From Octopus bimaculoides (lineage: Eukaryota), in contig NC_068982.1 in assembly GCF_001194135.2 (NCBI RefSeq), positions 56,921,524-56,985,523 of the forward strand: a stretch of 64,000 bases of DNA, read 5' to 3'. Positions 36,251 to 49,619 of this stretch are shown in pieces (position 1 is the stretch's first letter; every line of letters begins with the position of its first letter). The position numbers and the translations under genes were made by a program. Under the pieces are notes generated by a model. The model searched no databases. It saw only the letters and a program-made list of their open reading frames with translations, and was not told the DNA's origin.

Positions 36251-37204
36251 TTTAATTTCTGTATCTAAAAGATTAAGGGAATTTATATCCCCTTAACACA
36301 TATTGAGTTCTGCACTAGTTACTGTTCGTAAGTGTAGTACCAAATGATATTTTTTGCCTAAATCGAATATTTCATGTCGAAGAGAAATCTCAATAAGCCG
36401 AGGAAATCTATTTCCAGTCATTTACTAGAAATATTGGCAACATTTCCTTTAGAATCATTCTTACAAAAGCAGAGACATAGCGAATAATGTTGAATGATGG
36501 GATGGTCATGGTAAGAATGTCTTTACACTTGTGACGAGTCTGTCCTACTAGAGCTGACCTGGGTCATAACAACAACGACAAAAAATCTTTTGCTGCCGGG
36601 GAACGCGATTCTGCAAAGCCGTATTGATTTCCATTGCCTTCTTCGAGCAGCGCATGTGGAAGATTTAAGGAGAATACTACAAAGTAAGAATGTCTACTCT
36701 CCGATAATACAATGCTTCTCGTGTTTAAGTCAGTGAACTGTGGTTTCTCCCATATACTTATTCTACAAAGTAGTCGCAAATAAGCGTCTGGAACTTACGC
36801 GGTATTGTAATGTCTCTCCTAGCGACACTCGTGATCAAGAAGCCGAAGGCACTTGGGTTAGAGTATTGACAAGCTGGGTGATGTGGCTTAAAGAAATTTA
36901 AATAAGCAACACTCTTCAGCTACGATTGTTAAACTCACTAGCTTGTACATGTGCACGCGAACACACATGCGTTAAATATGCATATGACAAATAATAATAA
37001 TGAAAAAAAAAAAAACTCTTTGAGAAATAGAAATGTTATTAACGTTTCGGAGGCATTTCCGTCAGCGGAAAGAGAGAATGAGAGGCAAAGAAAGAAAGAA
37101 AAATGCAGAAACAAAATATATAGCACATATTGAAGCATTTAAGTAGCACTTCTGATATGCAAACACACTCACAGGTTACACCAATATGTTAATGTGCTAG
37201 TATC

Positions 37205-37606
37205 TTTTACATCTTATCTTTTACTTATTTCAGTCATTTGACTGCGGCCATGCTGGGGCACCGCCTTGAAGGGTTCTTTTAGTCGACCCAAGGGCTTTCT
37301 TTTAAAACCTAGTGCTTATTTTATCGGAATCTTATGCTGAACTGATAAGTTACCGGGACCTAAACACACCAAAACTGATTATCAAGCGGTGGTGGAGGAC
37401 AGACGCAAAGACACGCACAGACACACTTACACACACACGGGCACATGAAAGGCTTCTTTCAGTTTCTGTCTACCAAATCCACTGACTCTGGTCGGGCCGA
37501 GGCTATATAGTAGAAGACATCTACCCAATGTGCCACGCTGTGGGACTGAACCTGGAACCATGTGGTTAGGAAGCAAGCTTCTTACCACACAGTCACGCCT
37601 TGCGCC
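37205..37606 (-). mobile_element. CORE-type SINE, full span
   Basis: tttcagtcatttgactgcggccatgctggggcaccgcc ... gtgggactgaacctggaaccatgtggttaggaagcaagcttcttaccacacag. Confidence 0.88.
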
Positions 37607-37728
37607 TATAATATATTCGCTTTTGCTTCTAAAATTTGATTGCAGCCACGCTGAGGCCCTGCATCCAAGAATTTAGACGATTATTTATACGTTGAATAGA
37701 CGACAAGCAAATTCGATATGTTTACAAA

Positions 37729-38651
37729 NNNNNNNNNNNNNNNNNNNNNNNNNNNNNNNNNNNNNNNNNNNNNNNNNNNNNNNNNNNNNNNNNNNNNNNN
37801 NNNNNNNNNNNNNNNNNNNNNNNNNNNNNNNNNNNNNNNNNNNNNNNNNNNNNNNNNNNNNNNNNNNNNNNNNNNNNNNNNNNNNNNNNNNNNNNNNNNN
37901 NNNNNNNNNNNNNNNNNNNNNNNNNNNNNNNNNNNNNNNNNNNNNNNNNNNNNNNNNNNNNNNNNNNNNNNNNNNNNNNNNNNNNNNNNNNNNNNNNNNN
38001 NNNNNNNNNNNNNNNNNNNNNNNNNNNNNNNNNNNNNNNNNNNNNNNNNNNNNNNNNNNNNNNNNNNNNNNNNNNNNNNNNNNNNNNNNNNNNNNNNNNN
38101 NNNNNNNNNNNNNNNNNNNNNNNNNNNNNNNNNNNNNNNNNNNNNNNNNNNNNNNNNNNNNNNNNNNNNNNNNNNNNNNNNNNNNNNNNNNNNNNNNNNN
38201 NNNNNNNNNNNNNNNNNNNNNNNNNNNNNNNNNNNNNNNNNNNNNNNNNNNNNNNNNNNNNNNNNNNNNNNNNNNNNNNNNNNNNNNNNNNNNNNNNNNN
38301 NNNNNNNNNNNNNNNNNNNNNNNNNNNNNNNNNNNNNNNNNNNNNNNNNNNNNNNNNNNNNNNNNNNNNNNNNNNNNNNNNNNNNNNNNNNNNNNNNNNN
38401 NNNNNNNNNNNNNNNNNNNNNNNNNNNNNNNNNNNNNNNNNNNNNNNNNNNNNNNNNNNNNNNNNNNNNNNNNNNNNNNNNNNNNNNNNNNNNNNNNNNN
38501 NNNNNNNNNNNNNNNNNNNNNNNNNNNNNNNNNNNNNNNNNNNNNNNNNNNNNNNNNNNNNNNNNNNNNNNNNNNNNNNNNNNNNNNNNNNNNNNNNNNN
38601 NNNNNNNNNNNNNNNNNNNNNNNNNNNNNNNNNNNNNNNNNNNNNNNNNNN
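37729..38651. other. Largest assembly gap (923 N)
   Basis: N run; other large gaps at 1274-1547, 10890-11372, 22273-22957, 24778-25199, 39438-39727, plus eight small ones. Confidence 1.
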
Positions 38652-38652
38652 N

Positions 38653-38720
<68 letters not shown>

Positions 38721-39389
38721 TATACATGTATGTATGTATGCATGTATGTGTGTATGTATGCATGTATGTGTGTATGTATGTTCGTATGTCTGCGCGGGCA
38801 TGTATAGTTTCTGCCAACCTAATGTCGCACAGAAAGCTTCGATCATCTCGATACTGTGCACCAAAGCAAATGGACAAATGTTCGGTGCTTCGTGATCGGA
38901 CCGAACAGCCACTGCCAATTGTGTGTGTATGTATGTGTAAGTGTGTATGTATATGTTTGTGTGTGCGTCTATTTATTATGCACATGCTCGCTCACACACA
39001 TATTAACTCTTGTACATACATGTACACATGTATGGTATCTGTTCAAACACGCAGCCGTTGCTGCTTTTCAACATTGCTCCCCGTCTATTTTTTTATATAT
39101 CTTTATTTCTTTTCAAGAAAGACAACAGTTCGAGGGTGTTTCTGAAAGACAGAGCGCCTTATAATGAGTTTTATAAACAGCAATAACACAGATTAGGCTG
39201 GGAAATATCTCTGAATACACTTGACACGTCGGAATAAATGACAGGCTTTCTTAAAACAACAAATAGTCAAACGAAACGAAAATAAATACTAGTAGTAACA
39301 GAAAAATTGAAATTTTCATTTAGTTTCTGTGAAAACAGAAAGGGAGCTTCTGTGCATATGTGTGTGTGTTTATGTATATATATCTGTGT

Positions 39390-39437
<48 letters not shown>

Positions 39438-39951
39438 NNNNNNNNNNNNNNNNNNNNNNNNNNNNNNNNNNNNNNNNNNNNNNNNNNNNNNNNNNNNNNN
39501 NNNNNNNNNNNNNNNNNNNNNNNNNNNNNNNNNNNNNNNNNNNNNNNNNNNNNNNNNNNNNNNNNNNNNNNNNNNNNNNNNNNNNNNNNNNNNNNNNNNN
39601 NNNNNNNNNNNNNNNNNNNNNNNNNNNNNNNNNNNNNNNNNNNNNNNNNNNNNNNNNNNNNNNNNNNNNNNNNNNNNNNNNNNNNNNNNNNNNNNNNNNN
39701 NNNNNNNNNNNNNNNNNNNNNNNNNNNTATATATATATATATGTATAAATATATATATATATATGTGTATATATATGTATATATATATATGTATACATAT
39801 ATATACATATTCATATATATACATACACATATACACACATTCACACACACATATATATACACACACTGTAAATCTGCATATATACGAATGTCAGCATTTG
39901 TATGTATGTGTACACGTGTGTGTGTGTGTGTGTGTGAATATATATAAATAG

Positions 39952-40004
<53 letters not shown>

Positions 40005-40050
40005 TACAAATTTATAAATACTTGTGCATACAAATGTGTGTGAGAGAAAG

Positions 40051-40087
<37 letters not shown>

Positions 40088-40137
40088 TTGTGGAAGGGAG
40101 TGAGAGAGGTAGAGAGAGAGGGAGAGAGTGTGTGTTT

Positions 40138-40179
<42 letters not shown>

Positions 40180-40539
40180 TAGGGTACCATAAACACAACT
40201 TTGAAGAAAGCAGTCTGTAAATACACTAGTTATTTTCAATGCAGTCGTTATAACAAGAACAGATGTAATTTCGTTGAGTTTTGAAGCGATAAAAATAGCA
40301 GAAGGTTTACATGAAAGATCCCATCTGGGCCATTAAATGGTACTAGCATCGTGGAATATTCTAAATGCAATAAGAAGCAAACAAAATGTGGCAGAGGAGA
40401 AGTAGAAGAAATGAGTTGGGGATCGAGGCACCAAGAAAGAAAGAATGGAGGGGATATTTATAAGAAAGGAGCAAGGACGGATCAATGCGTGTGTTCTAAA
40501 GAATATGGTTGTGAATAAGGCTGAGTGTTTGTGGATGTG

Positions 40540-40703
40540 AATACACACACATACATATATATATATATGCACACGTATACATACATATATACATATATAC
40601 CTACATATACATACATACATACATATATACACATATAGATACTCATATATATATATATACAATTAAACCTTGGGAGAGGCATTATGCCGGTAATACACAT
40701 ACG

Positions 40704-40795
<92 letters not shown>

Positions 40796-40806
40796 GTATA
40801 TACACA

Positions 40807-40848
<42 letters not shown>

Positions 40849-40960
40849 GACACATATATACGCACATATACATACATCAATAAATGCACGCATATACACA
40901 CATATACACGCATACACACATACATCCACACACATATATACACACATAGAGACATATATG
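40540..40960. repeat. (TA)n/(TACA)n/(CA)n compound microsatellite
   Basis: Direct observation. Confidence 0.95.
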
Positions 40961-41394
40961 GTAATTGTTTGGACTAATTAAATTTGATGTATGGCAAAGA
41001 TGCACGCTATAGCGTTGCCTCTGAACTTGGGAATTGGGATAATTTCGGTTACATACGCACCATCACACAAATACATAAAAATACGATTACTGAAACTTTG
41101 TATGTCATTCCTAACAAACTCTACAAACCTCACATAGTCTTTCTAACTCACGACATATTCCTGCCATAGATTTGACTGTCTGCAGTACATATGCTCCATT
41201 TTGTTATCAGAGACATATGATTTAATGTATAGACCTAAACAACTGCCACTGCTTTACAAGGAAAGTTACCCATGGCGTATAAAATCGAGTGTGTCACCAA
41301 GTATATTAAATATTTCTAATCACGAAATCTATGCGTTTTAGAATATGTTATCGTTGTTGTTGTAATTGTTGTCGTCGTTGCAGCTGTTTTCTCA

Positions 41395-41610
41395 TATCCT
41401 AGGTCAGCTCTGATCGAGTAGTCCTGTGTTCACAGGCATCGACCAGCAGCGGTCAATTTTCCACTTTATTCAATATTTTTGTGCTTCAGTCGGCGTGCTT
41501 CCGACTACATTATCCAGTATGTACTTCCCTTTAATGACGGCAATGTGATTTGAAGGAGATTTGATTGATATTACTAGCAGATCAAGAGGCATAGATGCTC
41601 ACTGCATAGA
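41395..41610 (+). repeat. Family X repeat, near full copy
   Basis: cctaggtcagctctgatcgagtag...gactacattatccag...tgtgatttgaaggagatttgattgatattactagcag. Confidence 0.72.
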
Positions 41611-41652
41611 GGCCCACTCGTCGAGTTGTTCTTGCAGGAATGTCTAATTAGA

Positions 41653-41904
41653 CATCTATCTTCGTTTATTACCGGTCGTTGGTTAGACATATGATGAAAA
41701 CAAGTTTTGTTCCAAGACCCGAAGTTGTCCCTGAGCATTATGGACGGTCGCTGGGACGAGCTTTCGCAGTTTAAGCATAATCTTTGATCGCCGACCCGTG
41801 TTGTATTGATCAATTCGTGATAAGTATAACACGGTTCACAATTGAACGTACCGTGTTATCTTGGATCAATGATGAAAAAGATCAGTGATAAACGAAGATA
41901 GATG
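41653..41904. mobile_element. MITE with ~27 bp TIRs, probably TA-targeting (Tc1/mariner-like)
   Basis: catctatcttcgtttattaccggtc versus gatcagtgataaacgaagatagatg; right flank TA, left flank GA. Confidence 0.55.
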
Positions 41905-42268
41905 TACTAGAAAATATAGTCATGTAAAAAAAAGACGTGCATTTATTCTTCTATAACGCGTAACAATTTTGAAGCCGAGTGGCTAATATACCTATATTTT
42001 GTATTATTGAGTTTCCATAGTTTACATTGTAGCTGCAACAGTTTTTACTACACTGAGTCTATTTGTACAGTTCGTGTTGCCGTAGATAGAGCTTTTACTA
42101 CCAATGAATAATTTATTTCCAAAGTTATTTTCGGAGATAATTCTGTTCACTATCACCATTTGAGTTTGCTGTTTCAAGGAATCAAAAATCTACTTCATAC
42201 ATAATCGTACCTAATGTCACATTAACAATGGGAGTCGGCAAGACTAAGCTTCTAATAAAAAATTATAT

Positions 42269-42588
42269 ATCCATCCATCTTTGCTTGAACTGGTTGTTGC
42301 ATCTCCTCTTGCATCTCCACTATAGGAGTCTATCAAGAGCATCTCTCATACTTCCAGTTAGATTCCCGTGTGTGAACAACTGAAATTATGGATAATATCC
42401 AAATCATCTCATTCGTGGTATATCACTAGGTCTCCTGCCAGTTGCCTTGATGACTTCATGACCTCTCAATTCCGGGAAGAAGCGGTGATTCAATCTTGAA
42501 AGATTCCATGACTTCCGATCTACTCACTCTGCGGAGTAAAGTTACACCAGAGATCCTTTGACGAAATCCTATGTCGGCAGTTTGTATT
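42269..42588 (-). mobile_element. RTE-clade (Expander-like) LINE 3' portion with (ATGG)n tail
   Basis: IQTADIGFRQRISGVTLLRRVSRSEVMESFKIESPLLPGIER and KATGRRPSDIPRMR resemble VQA.EM.FLRRI.GVTL...I.PLLL.IER and GKRP.GRPR.RW. Confidence 0.72.
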
Positions 42589-42589
42589 A

Positions 42590-42865
42590 GGGATAGGAAA
42601 AACGTCTTTCTAGTGCATTTTACGTGTTAGTGGAATATTACTGAGACAAGTGAAAAAGTATTTTGGGGCTATGTTCACCAGTGATAGAGAGCAGAAGGTT
42701 TAATTGGATGTGAGAATTGTAGATGCTAGCAGAGTAATGCGCCAGCTTCAGCATACGATCCTCAGGAGGGGAGAGGTTGGTGAAAAACCAAAACGGCTAT
42801 TTTCAATTCGTGCTTTTGTACCTATGGTCATGAATGTTAGGTAAAAACCGAAAGAGTGTAATCGC
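42590..42865 (+). mobile_element. Inverted 5' segment of the same RTE LINE (RT C-terminal region)
   Basis: CILRVSGILLRQVKKYFGAMFTSDREQ..LDVRIVDASRVMRQL...TYGHEC*VKTERV*S matches QVEKFKYLG..FTSDG..LD.RI..AS.VMR.L...TYGHESWV.TER.RS. Confidence 0.75.
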
Positions 42866-43789
42866 TGAACCCAACTACTTGCAGACGGTGTATCCCGTTG
42901 AATTCATTAATTTAATTCATAGCAAAAGTGACAAAAAAAGGAAGAAAAGAAAAAGAAAGAAAGAACCATGATTGAGATGGAGATCACTCTTCTTTGTGAC
43001 TGTGTTTCGCAAATCCCCAATAGCAATTAGTAACAAAATAATTCAGCACTATAAATCATATTCTAGTTCTGTGGTGAATAAGTTCTGTCATTTTAAATTA
43101 AAAGTATGTTAGTGCGTGTGCCACATTTTTTATAATTTTTTAGCCAATGTAGAACAGGCCAGTTTGTAACCGAAAATATAGTTCTTTTGTTGAAATTTAG
43201 ACATTAAATGGTTAGTCGTATATTGTGTATATATGTGTACACATAAGCATATGTCACTGCATGTTTGATTCTGCGTGATTTATGCATTTGTAACATATAT
43301 TCGTTTCAATATGCACGTGACTATATGCACTTACAGCTGGCTAGAATTATAGAGTGTTCGACACATTTTCACAGGGTCATTTAAAGTTTATAGCTATATT
43401 TTATTATTTCATGTCCTTTCTGAGTTGGTGAAGCCCAGCTTCCCAAGATTGATGCCTAGGTAGTTATTTACTTATAGTTTATCCATTGTATCATGTCTTT
43501 ATAGACACAGTATCCTCATGACATTTTCTGACAGCTGATTATTAGGTAGGCCACAATTTCAGTGTTAATTCCACAAAACCTTTGAAATTAACACCGAATT
43601 CCACAGATTACGTTGTTCTGCAGCCCTTTACTGTTTGTGAAATATTTTAGTATTTCTTTTTGCTAGATTACCAAAACCGTACTATCATTCTAAAATCTTC
43701 TGAAAACTGAGCATACATGTCCTTTGATTTTTCTTAAATTTATCTAGATGTTTGTCACTTGATGCTTTTGTTTTCATGATTGATAACCC

Positions 43790-44314
43790 GACATCTCAAT
43801 TTAATACTGCTGCTAAAACAGTAAAATATGAGAGTGCTACAGGTATGGCATCAGGTTTTGGAACAACTTATGTTTGTGAGCAAACTTTTTCAAAAATGAA
43901 ATGTGTGAAGTCAATACATCGAACAAGGTTCACTGATGAACATTTGAAAGCAATTCTTACGGTTGGCTGCAGCAATCATAATGCAAATGTTGATGATATT
44001 TTGGAAGCAAAACGCCAGTTTCACAAATCTCATAAACTTTTGTGCTGCTTACTTTTTATGCAATTCAGCTATGTGCACACTTTTTCTAAAAATTCTAACT
44101 TGGTAATATTTTGGTATTATTAACATATGTTTATTATTTTTATTATTTTGTGTATTTTATGTATTGATAAATAAATAGGATGATCGTCTTTATTTTTTGT
44201 GTACATTCAGTGTATTCTATATTGTACTGAATTGAACAAAATATTTATCCGGCCCGCGCTTGGCATTCTTTTAGCTATATTTAGCCCACTATAAAAAAAA
44301 GTTTGGTGCCCATG
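43790..44314 (+). mobile_element. hAT (Charlie/SPIN-like) transposon 3' end: dimerization-domain remnant plus right terminus
   Basis: FGTTYVCEQTFSKMKCVKSIHRTRFTDEHLKAIL...QFHKSH; subterminal cggcccgcg; terminus aaaaagtttggtgcccatg followed by ccttagaa (nnnTAGAn, Charlie-like target). Confidence 0.82.
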
Positions 44315-44839
44315 CCTTAGAATATTTGTGAAATAGCTTGTTTTCTGTAACGGGAAATAAAACCCGGATCTGAAATTGCTTTAAATTTATCAGATTTGTC
44401 ATTTGGTACTGCTAACCATATTTTAATAGGCTGTCTTCTTGACAGTGACATTTCCTCTCAAGCACAAATAATATTGACTGAATCAAAAATGATTGTACAA
44501 ATGGATCAATGATTTAAAATTCGATTGTTATTTATCTGTAATATACTTCTATAATAACAAATAATCTGCCAAAAATTCAAAGCGAATCATTTCAAAATTA
44601 CTACCAAAGTCGGTTGCCACGGTTTGTCAGCACGAACAGTCCGTTATTTCCTGCAGAAGAATGGTCAGGAACATAGACAACTGTAAAAAAAGCATTAAGA
44701 AGATAGATACGGCACCCGAAACCAGCTCAAGGTTGTTGTGGTTGATAAAAAAAGACAGCAAAGGCAACTAATTCTTCTTTGCTGCACCAGTCAGGCGAAG
44801 CGTACAGGCTAAAGGACGAAACGATTGTGACCCTGAAAT

Positions 44840-45050
44840 ACCTGCTGACAATACGGAAGAGATTCCAACATTGAAATGGATTCAGAAGAAGAGTATGCAG
44901 TATCTCTGAGTAGCTCCTGCAGTTTCTGCATTGGAGTAAAGCATCTCCGAAGTTTATTTCACCTGAATCCAATCGCATCTTCTACAAGATATCTGGCAGT
45001 AATGTATCAAGTGAATTCATTTAGAAGTAATTGATGAAGCATTTAGAGAA
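44840..45050 (+). mobile_element. Possible second hAT C-terminal remnant
   Basis: PTLKWIQKKSMQYL*VAPAVSALE and terminal FRSN* weakly resemble P.L...A..YL..PASSA..ER ... FI..N*. Confidence 0.3.
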
Positions 45051-45657
45051 GAAACAATCTAAAACGTTGCATTTTATTGTTACAATGTCAAGAACTACAA
45101 CTTGACTTTTAAGTTTGCAAATCATAATGAATGAAAACAAAGGTTAAGTTATTTTATTGTATTAAATATTTTATGAAAATTAAACATTGCCTTAATTATA
45201 TTCTATTAGAAGAGAGGAAAATGTCATTAACTTTTAATGAATGAATTTTAATCGAAGAAATCAGAACAGATGTTATTTCTTTAAAAACCATATCAATATT
45301 TTTAGATTTTATTTTTTGCCGTTTTACAATTGGCAGAATCTAATTGTGAGTGTAATGACAACCATAATGCAAAATTTTAAAATGAGGTAGAAAAATCATT
45401 GAATGATTACATATATTTGCATATGGGGCATATATATAAATATTAAGAAACAAGGCACACTTAACACACACACGCACATAAAAAATACATCACACACAAA
45501 TACATACAAGCACGCATAAAAATATTAAAATAACTATTCTTTCATTTACATATGCATCTCAACCAACGGAGTAATTAATATAAGTTTACTAACAGATAAA
45601 CAAGCATACCGATATCCTCAGGCAGGTGGATACATGGTTCAATATATGTATTACGAA

Positions 45658-45880
45658 GGGCGATGAGCTGGCAGAATCGTTAGCACGCCGGGCGAAATAC
45701 TTAGCAGCATTTCGTCTGCTGTTATGTTCTGAGTTCAAATTTCGCAGAGGTCGACTTTGTCTTTCATCCTTTCGGGGTCGATAAATTAAGTACTAGTTAC
45801 GCACTGAGGTCGATGTAATCGATTTAATCCCTTTGTTTGTCCCCTCTATGTTTAGCCCCTTGCGGGCAATAAAGAAATAA
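45658..45880 (+). mobile_element. Meta-like SINE, full length, alternative tail
   Basis: ggcgatgagctggcagaatcgttagcacgccgggcgaaa...gaggtcgactttgtctttcatcctttcggggtcgataaattaagtac...gcgggcaataaagaaataa. Confidence 0.92.
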
Positions 45881-46612
45881 ATATATATATTACGAAATAA
45901 GCGTGTATATGCGTGTCATAGTTACGCATACACATTACACTTATATATAGTTATAAGTATATTTGTGATAATATATATGTACATATGGACGCGTGTGTAA
46001 ATGTTCATGTAACGACTCACAGCTTCCTTTTAAATTGTTTCTATTTACTTATCATTTGGTTCAAATATATAATAGTACAGCTAGGTAAGGTTAATGATAA
46101 AATCACCCCACACAGGGACTCCGATTTATATACATATATATATAAAACACGCAAAAGATATATCCACATATATACATATGTGTACACAAATATTCATATC
46201 TGTATACAGGCACATGCCGTGGCACACTGATATGTAGAAATATATTTTTCTGTAAACTTAGACATACACTCAGACATGCACGCACCGGCGCACGCAAACA
46301 CACACACATACAAGCACATACTTGTATATGTATGTGTGTGTGTATACACATATAATACACACCTGTTAAGTAATGAATCGATTTGTTTGGCTAAACCCTT
46401 CAGAGAGGTGCCCCAGAACAGCCGCTGTCCATTGACCGAAGCGAGTAAAGGATAGAAGACAAAAATGATCTAATGTTCTAACATTTCCATCAGTTTACTG
46501 TCCTGAGTTGGTACTTAAGGCTATCGAGACACACAGGACGAAGAGCAAAGTTATCCTCAATGAAACTTAGAGCGTAGACAGTCAGAACAAAGACCGCGAA
46601 GTATTTAATGTT

Positions 46613-46998
46613 TGTTTGTTGGCACTCCGTCGCTTACGACGTCGAGGGTTCCAGTTGATCCGATCAACGGAACAGCCTGCTCGTGAAATTAACGTGCAAG
46701 TGGCTGAGCACTCCACAGACACGTGTACCCTTAACGTAGTTCTCGGGGATATTCAGCGTGACACAGTGTGGCAAGGCTGTCCCTTTGAATTACAGGCACA
46801 ACAGAAACAGAAAGTAAGAGTGAGAGAAATTTGTGGTGAAAGAGTACAGCAGGGTTCGCCACCATCCCCTGCCGGAGCCTCGTGGAGCTTTTTAGGTGTT
46901 TTCGCTCAATAAACACTCACAACGCCCGGTCTGGGAATCGAAACCGCGATCCTATGACCGCGAGTCCGCTGCCCTAACCACTGGGCCATTGCACCTCC
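46613..46998 (-). mobile_element. OK/Ceph-type tRNA(Arg)-like SINE, full length and young
   Basis: Head ggaggtgcaatggcccagtggttagggcagcggactcgcggtc..ggtttcgattccc; RTE-like tail ending (caaa)n; 10-bp TSD atttaatgtt at 46603-46612 and 46999-47008. Confidence 0.85.
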
Positions 46999-47184
46999 AT
47001 TTAATGTTACGCCCTAACCAGACCACTTGAGAATTTCACCGATTTATAAAGAAAGAACAGCCAAATTTCTCTCAAATTGTATGCTCTCCTCTCAAAAATG
47101 AGTGTAATTGCCACGTTTGGTAGACTTTTAACTATATGCTCGTTCGATAAGTGGTGTCCTTTGCTTCCATTAGATTAGAATTGT

Positions 47185-47555
47185 TTTATTCTTTTATCTT
47201 TTACATGTCTCACTCTTTTGACTGTGGCTATGACGAAGCACTGCCTTTGAGGTTTTAAGGGAACAAACCGGCCCCCAGCATTTATGTTAAAACCTCATAC
47301 TTATTCGATTGGTTCCATTTTACCGAGTCGCAAACTTACGAGAGCTTAAACAACACCGGTTGTCAAGCGGTGGTGGGGAATAAATACGACGGGCGTCTTT
47401 CAGTTTCCGTCTACCAAATTCATTCGCAAGGCTTCGGCTTCAATTGGTCCGAGGCTGTAGTAGAAGAAACTTATCCAAGGTGCCGCGCAGTAGGACTGAA
47501 CCCAAGATAACATGGTTGGAAAGCAAGCTTCTTACTACACAGTCATATCTGCGCC
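47185..47555 (-). mobile_element. CORE-type SINE lacking the microsatellite linker
   Basis: ggttgtcaagcggtggtgggg...gacgggcgtctttcagtttccgtctaccaaatt...ccaaggtgccgcgcagtaggactgaaccc. Confidence 0.85.
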
Positions 47556-48382
47556 TTGATAATTTTTTCTCCCCCCCCCCCACCACTTAACAGTGTTCAG
47601 AAACGCATCGAAGTTATGTCATATGCATCCGTTTCCGAGTGTCAGTTCTTAATAAACACCAATTCGTAATTACACACTCAATTGATAATGGACTGACAAA
47701 CGTTGTAAACAGATGCATTTACAATAACAACATAATTACAGCGTTAAACATAAACACATGTCTGTACATTTACTTTAAGTCATTAATGCGAGAGACGAAA
47801 ACTGTTCAGCTGTATAACTGTTATCAAAAACAAAACTAGGTATCTGCCTGGTGGTAGAGACCAAAACTTATCTATAACGCTTTACACATGACAGTTATGT
47901 AAGAGATTTTCTCGAGAGACAGGATGGAAAGGCTAGAATTTATGTTAAAGCTGTGTACTCGTGCGCAGGCACGGCTTATGATTAAGAAGTTTATTTTGTA
48001 ATTGCGTGGTTCCGGGTACGTTTCCACCTCACAACAAATGCCTTCTACCTTAATTCCGGTTTTAACTTCTGAATTTGATTGATAGAAATTATACAACGGT
48101 GAATGTTCAACCCTATGTTATAGGCATTCTCTCGTTACTCTCATAAATGCAGTGAACTAGTGATTGATCCGTTGTATATCAGTAATCAATAACACTAATA
48201 TCCACGTATTTCAATATAAAATAATTACACATATGTTTAAATAAATACATATTGAATATATTAGTTAGGTATACAAACGCATTTGCAATAATCTTGCTCT
48301 ATCTTGAATAGCTCGACTAGTTTCACTGTATGAGGAAATCTTCCTGTTACATAAACAAAATACCAGTATTACGCTGGTGTCA

Positions 48383-48571
48383 GACAGTGAGCTGGCTGAA
48401 ACGTTAGCACGCCGGGCAAAATGCTTAGCGGCATTTCGTCCGTCGTTATGTTCCAAGTTCAAATTCTCCCGAAGTCGATAAAATAAGTACCAGCTGAGTA
48501 TTGGGGTAGATGTAATCGACTTATCCCCTCCCCTAAAATTTCTGGCCTTGTGCCAATATTTGAAACCTATT
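48383..48571 (+). mobile_element. Meta-like SINE with partial internal deletion
   Basis: gagctggctgaaacgttagcacgccgggcaaaatgcttagcggcatttcgtccgtc...gtcgataaaataagtaccag. Confidence 0.85.
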
Positions 48572-49619
48572 TTATACTGGCGTGTTGATACATGACCAGA
48601 GATAGTATGATGTTTCGTTGGTACTCCATTTGTCCATCCTGGAAGGATGAAAGGTGAAGTTCATCAACGTTTGAAGCAGAACTAACTCAGTATTGCAATT
48701 TATTTAAACCACAGCTCCAGTTTTCACCCACATAATCTAATTATCTTAATTCAGCTAGCTATAGTCATGTATAACACGCTGATGCAAAACGCACAGGCGC
48801 ATTCTTTATTTCGAGGTGAGAAAATTGGAAACATAAGAGAAAAAAAAATAGTTAAAATAGTACATTCTAATGTTTTAATTCCTTGGTAAAAGAACCGACG
48901 TTGCTCTATAGTCTTAATTGTCTGAATACTGGAATCTGTAGAGCCTAGGTGGTACACAATGTATTGGGTTATATCTTCTCCACTGATGCTACATATGACT
49001 GTGGTACAAAGCTACACAAGAAGTAACACCTGTTGAGATACCTTCTAATACAAAGATCATGCACTTCTGACCTTGCTATGTATAAAACTAAGTAGTGGAG
49101 AAATGCGTTCAGTTGTAGTTGAAAATTCTTGCTAAAAGTGAAATAGATGTGGTATGAAAAAATCCCGTCTCAATTCCGATGAAATAGACCTATGATGAAA
49201 TATATATTCCAATGCCGACACAATCACTTTTAAAGGTTTAAAGATTTTACAGAAACACAGGATTTCATAGAAATGTTAATTAGTTTCTTCAGTAATTTTG
49301 CAATGATAAACATTTGTGACTATCTATGATAATTGTTAGTAATTATTACCTCTGTTTTTTTTTTTTTATATTTTTCTTTCTTTATATTTCACACACCTAC
49401 GACCTTTTATAACAGAAAAAACAAAAAGATTTAGTCTTTCAAAGAGCAAAACTATTCAGTCTCATGCGTCTTAACTGGAGTCAGCTGATATGCATGGATG
49501 CAACAGTTCTGCATGAATCGGTATTTTCGGACAAGCGACATTCTATAGCAATTTTCTGAAAACAGTAAATTCACTTGATTGTGTTTATTCTAAGTATTAC
49601 TAAAAGTTTGGCAATCGCA

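Noticed and set aside
36640-36690. Possible 33-36 nt exon encoding AHVEDLRRILQ
   Set aside because: Too short to distinguish from chance without expression data.
37681-40977. Long ORFs in the track (YI/HT/CV repeats, X runs), here and throughout
   Set aside because: Translations of microsatellites and N gaps.
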